Source: Candidatus Omnitrophota bacterium (GTDB lineage: Bacteria > Omnitrophota > Gorgyraeia > Zapsychrales > JANLHA01). Taken from it: 64,000 nucleotides of DNA. Shown here one piece after another: positions 9,475 to 18,758 of this stretch. Under the pieces are notes generated by a model, which was not told where the DNA came from, searched no databases, and was given only the letters and a program-made list of their open reading frames with translations. How positions within the stretch are numbered: the stretch's first letter is position 1; the number at the start of each line of letters is the position of its first letter. The stretch spans positions 77,021 through 141,020 of the forward strand of contig JAKQKX010000069.1 in assembly GCA_029560465.1 (NCBI GenBank), written 5' to 3'. The translations under genes and the position numbers were made by a program.

Positions 9475-10698
9475 TTATTCTTCTTTTTCTTCTTCGAATA
9501 TCTTTTTTAGGTCTTCTTCGGACTGGAAGGCCGTTCCTTCGGGTATCCCGAAGCGAAACTCTCCGGGATCAATTTCCCAGTCGAGTTCAAAATTATCTAG
9601 AGTCAATTCAGCGTAAATACTTGTCTCGTATTGCGGCCCTTTTTTCGGGGGAGGAATGACCTTCTTTTTCTTCTTTTTTTTGGCTTTTTTGGGTTTCGGC
9701 TCGCCTGTTGCCTCGTTTTCTTCTTCAGGGGGCGGCTCGATGTTGAGAATGATTTTTCGGGCGATTTTTATGTTCTCTTCTGAGGGTTCCATCTCCATAG
9801 CCTTGAGGATTGTTTCAATTTCCTCATTTGTCGTAGGCTGGCGGTAAAATTCATCCGGATATCCTGATAGCGTGTAGTCAATTCTAGTAATCAGGTTGCG
9901 TTTTTTTGATATCCAAAGGACATAGTAGCCTATCGGCATGGTGCGGGACAATAGATAGCAGGGTTCGCCGTTTAAGTCCGTGTTCCCCAAATACGCCAGG
10001 TCTTGAACAAGAGGGCATTCTGATTCGCAGCCGGAGAACAATTGATAAAGGATTTTCAGGTATCCGATATCCATCAAAGCCATGGTGTCGTTCGGGGCGT
10101 AATTGTAGGTTTTGGCGGCACTGCTGTAAAAGAGGGTGGTCGCCCCGTTATTCCAAGCGGCCAAGGTTTCCTTGGGCCCTTTGCTAAGCGTGTTTTCGAG
10201 GACAATCAGGAAGTAGTTTGGGCGCTGGAATTTTACGGTGATATACGCCTGAGTCGTGTCCATCATTTTGTCCTGAATGCTGTTGGACACCCCTGTTCCA
10301 TTACATTGGAAGGACGTCATGTCTTTAAACTGGGCAAAGACAGGCTGGAGAATTTTTTCAACATCAGTATCTTCTCGTGTGATTTTTTTCCCTTTATAAA
10401 GAACGGGGGCCTCGCTTTTTGTCATTATCTTTTCAGGGATTTCTTTGACCTGCTCGGCCGTCGCATCGTCCATCATGGTAAAGGGAACTTTGATGACCCC
10501 GTTTTTTGTTTGCATTTTAATATGCCGTTTTGTCTTCTCGATGATCTGCCCTTCCAGGTTTTTCCCATTTTTTAAAAGGATGGTGTCAGCAGATAAGGGC
10601 TGTGTCATGCCGATGATGAAGGTAGCAAGAATGAACGCTCTCAAGGGTTGCCTCCTGTCCGTGCGGAATGGTTTAATGGCGAAGAAAAATTTATTCAT
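9475..10698 (-). CDS. Secreted LolA-like/DUF2092-type protein with Lys/Pro-rich insertion; paralog of 6447-7511
   Basis: Shares LYKG.KI.RED, M.SFQCNG.G, YIT.KFQRP and WISK...LI..IDY..SG..DEF with the paralog. Start codon uncertain (10746 or 10698). Confidence 0.6.
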   Translation of the reverse strand: MNKFFFAIKPFRTDRRQPLRAFILATFIIGMTQPLSADTILLKNGKNLEGQIIEKTKRHIKMQTKNGVIKVPFTMMDDATAEQVKEIPEKIMTKSEAPVLYKGKKITREDTDVEKILQPVFAQFKDMTSFQCNGTGVSNSIQDKMMDTTQAYITVKFQRPNYFLIVLENTLSKGPKETLAAWNNGATTLFYSSAAKTYNYAPNDTMALMDIGYLKILYQLFSGCESECPLVQDLAYLGNTDLNGEPCYLLSRTMPIGYYVLWISKKRNLITRIDYTLSGYPDEFYRQPTTNEEIETILKAMEMEPSEENIKIARKIILNIEPPPEEENEATGEPKPKKAKKKKKKKVIPPPKKGPQYETSIYAELTLDNFELDWEIDPGEFRFGIPEGTAFQSEEDLKKIFEEEKEE

Positions 10699-10854
10699 AT
10701 GTTCCAATACTTCCTGAATTATCGGGGAAGACTTTTTGTCCCCCACAATTTCGGGCCTAGCCGTGATTAAGAAATTTTATCATATTTTTAAGCTTATTAT
10801 ATATAATTTCCTTTAACAAAAAAATAGTTTGAAACAGTCCACAGCGCCTTAAGT

Positions 10855-11421
10855 TTATTCCGTGTCCCCTTCAAAACCTGTCGTCCGTGCGATTTGTGCG
10901 CGTGGCCCGTGCCCAAGTAACGCCTCGATAATGGCTAGCCCGAAGTTAAAGGCCGTTCCCGCCCCGCGGCTGGTAATGATGTTTTCGTCACGAACCACAG
11001 AGGAAGGGAGATAGGTCGCTGTTTCCGGGAAATGGTTCTCCATCCCCGGGAAACAGGTTGCTTTTCTATCCTGAAGAACACCGGCCTTGGATAAAACTAA
11101 AGCCGGCGCGGCGCATATCGCCGCGATAATTTTCTTTTGTTGATTCATCAAGCGGATTCGAGCCATCAGGTCCGGGGAGTTAGCCAGGTTTTCTGCTCCG
11201 GGCATCCCCCCCGGGAGAATCAGCGCGTCAAAGTTGTCGTGAACCGCTGATAATGTTGTGGGCACAATGATCGTCAGTCCGGATTTTGCCGCTTTGACAT
11301 GGGTGGAGGTTAGCCCGACAACAGTAACCTGTATGCCGGCCCGGGAGAGAAGATCAATGGGTGTCGCCGCTTCAATATCTTCAAACCCGTCTGCTAAAAT
11401 AACCAAAGCCGTTTTAGGCAT
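10855..11421 (-). CDS. yajL: DJ-1/YajL/ThiJ family glyoxalase/deglycase
   Basis: LADGFEDIEA, LPGGMPGAENL, AAICAAP and ITSRGAGTA. Confidence 0.92.
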   Translation of the reverse strand: MPKTALVILADGFEDIEAATPIDLLSRAGIQVTVVGLTSTHVKAAKSGLTIIVPTTLSAVHDNFDALILPGGMPGAENLANSPDLMARIRLMNQQKKIIAAICAAPALVLSKAGVLQDRKATCFPGMENHFPETATYLPSSVVRDENIITSRGAGTAFNFGLAIIEALLGHGPRAQIARTTGFEGDTE

Positions 11422-11646
11422 CAGAGTGCTCCTTTATAGGGGGTAGAAGTCATTGTGTTTATTTTAGCAGAAATGACGCTTATTGAGAACTCCGATTGTT
11501 TTCTCCTCCCGGAAGAAGTCCTTCCCCCGGGGTTCAACAACTAAAAAGTGCCGCAGGACAGTGCCGATAACGAGAGGAGAATGGCGGTCGCTTGTTTTAT
11601 GTTGTAATCGTCTTCAATGCGGCCTGTTGTTTGATATAATAATATT

Positions 11647-11913
11647 ATGTGGTATGCTTACATTTTAGAAACAATGAAAGGGACTTTTTATACTGGCATA
11701 ACCAATAACCTGGAGCGGCGTATTAAGGAGCATGCTCAAGGGCGTGGAGCCCGCTATACGAGGAATTGCGGTGTCCACAAATTGTTGTACACTGAGTCCT
11801 TCCCTTCCCGGGGTTTAGCTTTGAAGCGGGAATCTCAAATCAAGGCGTTGTCCCGGTCGTCTAAAATCGCGTTAATAAAAGGTTGTCCCGGGACAACAGG
11901 CGCGGAGGTCTAG
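11647..11913 (+). CDS. GIY-YIG nuclease family protein (UPF0213/YazA-like)
   Basis: WYAYIL...FYTGITNNLERRIKEH..GRGARYTR...ALKRESQIK. Confidence 0.9.
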   Translation: MWYAYILETMKGTFYTGITNNLERRIKEHAQGRGARYTRNCGVHKLLYTESFPSRGLALKRESQIKALSRSSKIALIKGCPGTTGAEV

Positions 11914-11964
11914 GCCTTTTAAAATTAGCAGGGTGGATATGCAAAAATGCGGAGGGCGAGGACG

Positions 11965-13212
11965 ATGTCTTTCCCGGAACAATGGGGTTATGTGAACAAA
12001 GAGGGCCAGGTCTGGCAGAAAGACTGCCAGTATTTTAAAGGACGTCAAATCGGGCGGTTGGACGGGAAGAGCCCGGAGGAAATTTTGGCTTTTTACGCTT
12101 TGCGTTTTGAAAAGTTGGTGCAGTATCAGGAAGAGTTGCAGGCGCAGTTTGAGCAGGGCCATGACCGGCCTGGCCTTGTGGATAAAATAAATCGCATGCT
12201 TGATTTTATCGTTGAATCTGATGCTTTGGGCAATTTTGATGATTTGATAGGGCGGCTTATGACAATGAAAGGGGTTTTGGACGCAGAATTGAACGCGCAC
12301 TTGGAGGAACAGGAGAGATTGTGTGCCCGGGTTGAAGAATTATTGAGTCCCGCGGACTGGAAGGCGGCGACCGAAGAGGTGAAGAAATTGCAGGCCCAAT
12401 TTAAGCTTACCGGCCCGGTTCCGGAGCAGAAATCCCGGTTGCAGTGGGACCGTTTTCGGGCGGTCTGTGATCAGTTCTTTGAGAACCGGCGTTTATTTTT
12501 TGCGGAACTGGATCGGCAGAAAGAAGAAAATTATCAAAGAAAACTGGACCTGTGCCGGAAAGCGGAAGAGCTGAGCCTGTCCTCGGAGTGGAAAGAGACC
12601 GGTGAGGCGCTAAAACATTTACTAGATGAGTGGAAGTCGATCGGGCCGGTTGCCCGGGATAAAACTGAATACATTTGGCAGAGGTTTAAGACCGCTAGTG
12701 ACACGTTCTTTGAACGCCGGGATTCTCATTATGCGGAAAAAGAGCGGGAACGGCTGGAAAATTTGAAGAAGAAGCAGGCTTTGTGTGAACGATCGGAGAT
12801 ATTATCCGAATTTGATGACTGGAAAGCGGCCGGAGAAGAGCTTAAACAGTTGCAGGAAGAATGGAAACATGTCGGCCCGGTTCCCAAGCAGGATACGGAG
12901 CAGATTTGGAAGCGTTTCAAGGAGGCGCATGACCGTTTTTTTGAACGCCGTCATGCGTATTATAAAGCGCGCGATGAAGAGCGGCTGGCCCACCTGAAGG
13001 AGAAAGAACGGCTTTGTGAAGAAGTGGAAAGCTTATATTCTTTGCGGGACCTCGTGAGGGTCAGGGAAGAGGTTAAAGAGATACAGAAGAAGTGGAAAAT
13101 AATCGGGCCAGTGTCTCCGGACCAGGCTGATGGACTCTGGGCCCGGTTTAAACTGGCTTGTGACCGGATTTTTCAGGGGGAGGGGACCTCTTCCCCTGGC
13201 GGCGATAGTTAG
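11965..13212 (+). CDS. DUF349 repeat protein
   Basis: N-terminal WGYV...G.VW followed by four repeats of LC...E.L...W......K.LQ.EWK.IGPV....E.IW.RFK.A.D.FF. Confidence 0.88.
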   Translation: MSFPEQWGYVNKEGQVWQKDCQYFKGRQIGRLDGKSPEEILAFYALRFEKLVQYQEELQAQFEQGHDRPGLVDKINRMLDFIVESDALGNFDDLIGRLMTMKGVLDAELNAHLEEQERLCARVEELLSPADWKAATEEVKKLQAQFKLTGPVPEQKSRLQWDRFRAVCDQFFENRRLFFAELDRQKEENYQRKLDLCRKAEELSLSSEWKETGEALKHLLDEWKSIGPVARDKTEYIWQRFKTASDTFFERRDSHYAEKERERLENLKKKQALCERSEILSEFDDWKAAGEELKQLQEEWKHVGPVPKQDTEQIWKRFKEAHDRFFERRHAYYKARDEERLAHLKEKERLCEEVESLYSLRDLVRVREEVKEIQKKWKIIGPVSPDQADGLWARFKLACDRIFQGEGTSSPGGDS

Positions 13213-13237
13213 TCAAAAAGGAGGTCACGGTTTCTAG

Positions 13238-13266
13238 TTGCCATCTTGACAATTGAATGGTAAACT
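13238..13266 (+). promoter_or_regulatory. Putative sigma70 promoter of the MarR gene
   Basis: TTGCCA-N17-TAAACT with TG before the -10, followed by a GGAGAGG RBS. Confidence 0.45.
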
Positions 13267-13289
13267 TTAAATAGTTCAAGGAGAGGATT

Positions 13290-13760
13290 ATGAGCGATTT
13301 ACAGCGCTATGGCATTATCGAAGGAGAGACCCCCAGCCAGGAAAAGTCGATTTACAGTTTAGCTTTGATTTATAATGTTTGTCATAATGAATTAACATCG
13401 TTTCTTAGGCCGTATCAACTCACCCCTGGCAAGCTGAACATCCTCGTTGCCATCCGGTTTCACGGGGGCAAGGCGGGATTAAGCCAGGTGGAGGTCAGCA
13501 AACATCTGATTGTAACCCCTTCTAATATGACGAAGTTAATTGATAAGCTTGAGGGCGAGGGATTTGTCGTCCGTTCGGCCTGTGAAGGAGACCGGCGAGT
13601 CAATGTGGTTAAAGTGACGAAAAAAGCCGAGGAATTATTAGACCGCCTCTGGGGTTTGTATATCGAGAAATTGCATAAATTTATGGAGCCGCTTTCTAAA
13701 AAAGAGCAGGATGCCTTGGCCGCTTTGCTGGTGAAATGGCTTGCCGCTCTGACGGGGTAA
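13290..13760 (+). CDS. MarR family transcriptional regulator
   Basis: LSQVEVSKHLIVTPSNMTKLIDKLEGEGFVVR...DRRVNVVKVT winged HTH. Confidence 0.92.
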   Translation: MSDLQRYGIIEGETPSQEKSIYSLALIYNVCHNELTSFLRPYQLTPGKLNILVAIRFHGGKAGLSQVEVSKHLIVTPSNMTKLIDKLEGEGFVVRSACEGDRRVNVVKVTKKAEELLDRLWGLYIEKLHKFMEPLSKKEQDALAALLVKWLAALTG

Positions 13761-13800
13761 AATTTTTTTGTTTATATAATTGAATGGTTAATATTCTGTC

Positions 13801-14829
13801 ATGAAAAACAGCGCTTCTCAAAAACAGTATTCCATGAAAAATTACGTTCTGGTCGGCGTTCTTATCCTTGGAGTAATAAATATTTTGTATCAAGCGCCGC
13901 GGTCATATGCCTTAACGGTCGCCAAAGCAAAAATGATCCGGTACGCTGATAACATGGATATTCAGTCGGGGGATTTTATATTTCAACATTTGCCGGGGCC
14001 CTTGACAGAAATGATCGCCGCTGTCACGCACAGCGATTATTCACATTGCGGAATCATCGTGAGAAAGACAGGCCAATGGTTTGTCTTAGAAGCGATTGAG
14101 CCGGTCTCGTGGACGCCCCTTAATAAATGGATTGCCCGGGGGGAGGGCGCGCACGTCACCATTGTCAGGTTAAAACCTCCGTACCGTCAGTATATTCCGC
14201 GAATCATTCAAGAGGCCGAACATTATGTCGGCCGTCCTTATGATCTGCAATATGAATGGGATGATTCGGCCATCTACTGCTCAGAATTGATTTATAAGGC
14301 CGTGTGGAAGGGGGCTGGGATCCGTTTGGCTGATTTTGTCGGCCTCGGGGAGTTGAACTGGCGTCCTTATGAGCCCCTGATCCGTTCACTGGCCGGTGGC
14401 CGTCTGCCGCTTGACCGGCGGATGATTACTCCAGATGCCCTGGTGTTTTCTGATACGGTCGTGATGGTGTATTCCTCTTTTCCGGCCCGGGAGATAAAAG
14501 GAATTCAATACTCACGGCGTGATTTCAACGGGACCTGGCAGGGGAGATACCTGCTGTTGAATATCCCGCTGGACTTGCGGGTTGAAACTGATTCTAGAGG
14601 CGGTATCCTCGGCGGTAGACTGGCAAGCGGCTTGGAGTTCGACCCTGGGCCGATGGAAGCATTCGATCCCCGGACAGGGACTTTTAGTTATACATTTTTT
14701 TCTGATAATCATGTTCGCGTTCACGTCAAGGGCCGGATGGATAAGTCCAAAGAAGTTATTTTCGGGTCTTGGGAAGACACCCTCGGTTTTTCGGGAACCT
14801 TTGTCGGGAATAAGTTTGGTCAGGGTTAG
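13801..14829 (+). CDS. Permuted papain-like amidase (YiiX/YebB, NlpC/P60 superfamily) with extra C-terminal beta domain
   Basis: GDFIFQ, YSHCGII, VLEAI, GRPYD and IYCSELIYK (His-before-Cys permuted dyad); N-terminal signal/TM. Confidence 0.85.
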   Translation: MKNSASQKQYSMKNYVLVGVLILGVINILYQAPRSYALTVAKAKMIRYADNMDIQSGDFIFQHLPGPLTEMIAAVTHSDYSHCGIIVRKTGQWFVLEAIEPVSWTPLNKWIARGEGAHVTIVRLKPPYRQYIPRIIQEAEHYVGRPYDLQYEWDDSAIYCSELIYKAVWKGAGIRLADFVGLGELNWRPYEPLIRSLAGGRLPLDRRMITPDALVFSDTVVMVYSSFPAREIKGIQYSRRDFNGTWQGRYLLLNIPLDLRVETDSRGGILGGRLASGLEFDPGPMEAFDPRTGTFSYTFFSDNHVRVHVKGRMDKSKEVIFGSWEDTLGFSGTFVGNKFGQG

Positions 14830-14832
14830 GAT

Positions 14833-16116
14833 ATGTGCGTTCACTTGCGACAGCGTGTTTTTTTTATTAAAGGGTTGCTCCTGATGTCCGGCTCTTGGTG
14901 TGTTGTGTTGGTCGTTCATCATAGGCTGCCGTTTGCGAACGAGGTCTTTTATATGAGCTTGCCGCTTGTCTGGCTTTTGTTTCATGTTTTATTCAGGCGG
15001 TCCTGGCTGAGTAACAGGTTGACAGGCCGTAACGCACTTGAAGGATTGGTTTCTTTGGCCGGGATCATGGGATTCTTTTGGTATTTCAGCGCATCTATGC
15101 AAGGGAAGATGATCTGGAAAGAAGTTTTGCTCGCGGCATATTTTTTAGTTTCCGTCGGTATTATTTTATATTACGCCCGCCGGGCCCTAAAAGCGGCCGC
15201 ATCCTTTCTAACGAAACGTTTGAGGGACGGCAGGATAAAACGGCTGGTGGCCGGAATCGCCTATGGCGTATTATGGCTTTGTCTGGTTTTCCCTTATGTC
15301 CTTGCGACGTTTTCGATTCACCGGCCCAAGATCGGGGACCGGCTGAACCCGGTCAGCGCCTTGGCCCTGCCTTATGAGGATGTCCGGTTGATGACACAGG
15401 ACGGCATCCGTCTTTGCGCCTGGTTTGTCCCAGCCCCGGATAGTGATAAAAGCGTTGTGATCGGCCACGGATTGGGAGCGAATAAATCAAACTTTATGCC
15501 GCTGGTCGACCTCTGGCACGGCCTTGGCTATAATGTTTTGATTTTCGATTTCCGTGGTCACGGGCATAGCGGGGGGCATACTGTGACCTTCGGCGCGCGG
15601 GAGAAATACGATATAAGGGCTGCCGTAGATTATTTGGCATCCCGGCAGGGGCTGGATGCGGGCGGGATTATCGGATACGGAGTCTCTTTTGGCGGGGCCG
15701 CTCTTATTCAGGCAGCGGCAGAAGAGCGGCGCATTCAGGCGCTGGTCGTTGATTCTGCTTTTGCCGATATTGAAACTATGGCTCAACAGGTCGTGGCCCT
15801 GGTCCGGTTCGTTCCGCCCTTTCTTAGGGGTGTTATTGCACGGGTGGGGGTCATGTTTGTTAATTTAGAATTGGGCTTTGATCTTCGCGAAATTTCACCG
15901 CATCAGGCTATTCCCAAACTTAAAGATCAGCCAATTTTGCTCATTCATGGGCAGAAAGATGCGCTGATCCCTTGGGAGGAGTCGAAACAATTATATAGAC
16001 TCGCTTCGGAACCCAAGTCCTGTTACTGGGTGAATTCGGCCGGGCATTATGCGACCCTCGTTGATCAGGATTATCGGGAACATATTCAGGCGTTCCTATC
16101 CGAGCATGGGTTATAA
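14833..16116 (+). CDS. Alpha/beta hydrolase with N-terminal multi-TM region
   Basis: HGLGANK, FDFRGHGHS, GVSFGG nucleophile, IHGQKDALIP and AGH. Confidence 0.88.
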   Translation: MCVHLRQRVFFIKGLLLMSGSWCVVLVVHHRLPFANEVFYMSLPLVWLLFHVLFRRSWLSNRLTGRNALEGLVSLAGIMGFFWYFSASMQGKMIWKEVLLAAYFLVSVGIILYYARRALKAAASFLTKRLRDGRIKRLVAGIAYGVLWLCLVFPYVLATFSIHRPKIGDRLNPVSALALPYEDVRLMTQDGIRLCAWFVPAPDSDKSVVIGHGLGANKSNFMPLVDLWHGLGYNVLIFDFRGHGHSGGHTVTFGAREKYDIRAAVDYLASRQGLDAGGIIGYGVSFGGAALIQAAAEERRIQALVVDSAFADIETMAQQVVALVRFVPPFLRGVIARVGVMFVNLELGFDLREISPHQAIPKLKDQPILLIHGQKDALIPWEESKQLYRLASEPKSCYWVNSAGHYATLVDQDYREHIQAFLSEHGL

Positions 16117-16257
16117 ATGATTTCTTGTCCTCTCCCGGTTTCGGGAGCCCCGGAATTTGGATTGGTTTCTTTTGTATCGTTAGGGGAGATGGTATACTAT
16201 ATTTTTCTGGTCATCCGGATTTGGATTTTTTGAAAAGTTTAATGATCCCTATTTCTT

Positions 16258-17682
16258 ATGTTGTTTAATTCATTAGCCTTTGCCCTCTTCTTGCCGCTCA
16301 CCCTTATCGTCTACTGGGGCCTCTCCAGGAATTTGCGGGTGCAGAATCTGTTTGTTATGGTTATGAGTTATTTCTTTTATGGTTGGTGGGACGCCCGGTT
16401 CCTGGCCTTGCTTTACATGAGCACGATTATAGATTTTTTTGCGGGACAGAAAATTTATACCGCGCGGACTTTGACGCGGAAGAGAATATTCCTGGCCGTT
16501 AGCCTCATCGCCAACTTGGGTATCCTGGGGTTTTTTAAGTATTGTAATTTTTTTATGGAGAGTTTCGTGCTTTTGCTCGGCCGCATGGGATGGCCGGCAC
16601 ATCTCCCCGCATTAAGGATTATTCTTCCCGTCGGGATTAGTTTTTATACTTTTCAGACTTTGAGTTATACGATCGATATTTACCGTCGGCGCATTGAACC
16701 GACAAAAGATTTTATTGCGTTTTCTGCTTTTGTGAGTTTTTTCCCCCAGTTGGTGGCTGGCCCGATCGAACGGGCCAGGAATCTCCTGGGTCAGTTTTTA
16801 CAGCCCAGGAGATTTGACTATGATGAGGCCCGGGACGCTTTGCGTCGGATGCTTTGGGGATTTTTTAAAAAGGTCGTGATTGCAGACCGGTGCGCTTACC
16901 TCGTGGATTTGGTCTTTATCGGGGAAGAGGATCCGACCGGGGTGTCTCTTTTGTTGGGCGTTTTCTTCTTTTCTTTTCAAATTTATTGTGACTTTTCCGG
17001 GTATTCGGATATCGCCATTGGCACGGCGAAACTTTTCGGTTTCCAGCTTATGCAGAATTTTAATTACCCGTATTTTTCACACGATATTGTCGAGTTCTGG
17101 CAGCGCTGGCACATATCCTTGTCAACCTGGTTCCGGGATTATGTTTATATCCCTTTGGGAGGGAACCGTTGTTCGCGGCCGAAGCATTTAAGAAATATAT
17201 TCCTGACGTTCGTTTTAAGCGGACTATGGCATGGGGCGAACTGGACTTTTGTTTTCTGGGGCGCCCTTCATGGTCTGTATTATGTGATGCACCACGTGTT
17301 CTTTATCAGAACGAACCGCCCCCCGGGACACAGTGCCCGGAACTGGCTAGGGCGGGTCCAACAGGGAGTGAACGGGATAATGACGTTTGGCTTGGTTGGG
17401 TTGAGTTGGATTTTTTTCCGTTGCGAAACGCTCGGCCAGGCGTTTAATTATATTTTTTCTGTTTTCTTCCTGAAATTCGGCCGTATCCCGAATAAGATGA
17501 TCCCTGGCTTGATCTTAGTGCTCGTTTTTGTCCTGGTTGAGTTTTTGCAGCGGAATAAGGCCCATGCTCTGGATGTCCGGCACCTCCCGGTCGCCACGCG
17601 TTGGGGAATTTATTATGTCATCATATTCTTAATCATGAACCTGTATGTCCCGGCTAAACCTTTTATCTATTTTCAATTTTAA
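16258..17682 (+). CDS. algI: MBOAT family O-acyltransferase (AlgI/DltB/PatA-like)
   Basis: LPVGISFYTFQ, FFPQLVAGPIER, QIYCDFSGYSDIA, FWQRWHISLSTWFRDY, LSGLWHGA and C-terminal FIYFQF. Confidence 0.93.
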   Translation: MLFNSLAFALFLPLTLIVYWGLSRNLRVQNLFVMVMSYFFYGWWDARFLALLYMSTIIDFFAGQKIYTARTLTRKRIFLAVSLIANLGILGFFKYCNFFMESFVLLLGRMGWPAHLPALRIILPVGISFYTFQTLSYTIDIYRRRIEPTKDFIAFSAFVSFFPQLVAGPIERARNLLGQFLQPRRFDYDEARDALRRMLWGFFKKVVIADRCAYLVDLVFIGEEDPTGVSLLLGVFFFSFQIYCDFSGYSDIAIGTAKLFGFQLMQNFNYPYFSHDIVEFWQRWHISLSTWFRDYVYIPLGGNRCSRPKHLRNIFLTFVLSGLWHGANWTFVFWGALHGLYYVMHHVFFIRTNRPPGHSARNWLGRVQQGVNGIMTFGLVGLSWIFFRCETLGQAFNYIFSVFFLKFGRIPNKMIPGLILVLVFVLVEFLQRNKAHALDVRHLPVATRWGIYYVIIFLIMNLYVPAKPFIYFQF

Positions 17683-17688
17683 CCGATT

Positions 17689-18633
17689 ATGAAAAAGTTA
17701 TTTTTAAGATTAGGACTATTTTCCCTTATTGGATTTACTCTGTTCATGATGGTTTCCCTTGGGCATTATCGGCTCTTGCAGCGATTGTTTCGTCCGGAAC
17801 ATCTGCGGGTCGATTCCGGTGTGTCTGTTTTAGTCATCGGGGACTCCCATCCTGAATGCGGTTTAAACCCGGACGCCATGAAAGGGGTCGTGAATGTTTC
17901 TCTTAGCGCAGAGCATTATTTGCTGACTTATTCCAAAATGAAAGCCCTTTTGGATGCCAATCCGCGGATTCATACGGTTATTCTAGGGTATTCGTTTCAC
18001 AACCTGAACCAGTTTTACGATGATTTCTTAAAGAAAGACGACCATGGCCAAGAGTGGCTCGACGCGTATTTCCCTTTATTGGATGCGGAAGGACGGGATA
18101 TGGTCCGGGCGGCCCCGGGTTTCCTTATAAGCAGGTTGAAATATCATTACGGATTCCCGTTGAGGATGGATTTTCGCATTTTGTATAAACTTTTGCGCGG
18201 GACACTCCGTGTTTCCGATTTTTATTTTTGGGGACATTTTCGTGAAGGGATAAAGAATTTACTGGAAGATAAATATCTCAAGAGGACGATAGACATCCAT
18301 TTCTACCAGGAAGGGAGGGTTCAAGGTCTATCGCCTTTACAAATATATTATTTGTTCAGGATGGCTGAAGACTGTGAGCGCCGCCGGGTTAATTTGGTCT
18401 TGCTGATGACTCCTCTTCATAAGACATACCGCACTAATATCCCTCCTGGGTTTCTTAGGTTTTATCGAGGGTTGGCAGAAACATTAATTCGCAGATATCC
18501 GCGCGCTCAATTCTGGGATTTTTCTGAACTCCCTCTTCCGGATAATTTTTTTAGGGACTCTGATCATATGAGTAAAGATGGCGCGGCCTATTTCTCAAGA
18601 ATGATCATGAGGTGCCTGGAGAACAGCTGGTAG
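17689..18633 (+). CDS. SGNH-like partner of the MBOAT (AlgJ/DltD-like)
   Basis: N-terminal TM, IGDSH block I and FRDSDH (DxxH); 6 nt downstream of the MBOAT. Confidence 0.72.
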   Translation: MKKLFLRLGLFSLIGFTLFMMVSLGHYRLLQRLFRPEHLRVDSGVSVLVIGDSHPECGLNPDAMKGVVNVSLSAEHYLLTYSKMKALLDANPRIHTVILGYSFHNLNQFYDDFLKKDDHGQEWLDAYFPLLDAEGRDMVRAAPGFLISRLKYHYGFPLRMDFRILYKLLRGTLRVSDFYFWGHFREGIKNLLEDKYLKRTIDIHFYQEGRVQGLSPLQIYYLFRMAEDCERRRVNLVLLMTPLHKTYRTNIPPGFLRFYRGLAETLIRRYPRAQFWDFSELPLPDNFFRDSDHMSKDGAAYFSRMIMRCLENSW

Positions 18634-18758
18634 GTTTAGTCAGTCATTTTTAATGGATTCCGGCCTCTCGGTGACGCAAAGAGGGAAGGACATTTGTATT
18701 TTCTAAAGAATGGTCCGGTGATGTGATGATTTCTAAAAGTTAAGAAAATAATTTTAAA

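Noticed and set aside
11647-11913. GIY-YIG gene as a homing endonuclease or mobile element
   Set aside because: It is a stand-alone 88-aa UPF0213-type protein with no intron, terminal repeats or DNA-binding extension.
11965-13212. Internal ~75-aa repeats in the 12-13 kb gene
   Set aside because: Fully explained by the known DUF349 repeat architecture.
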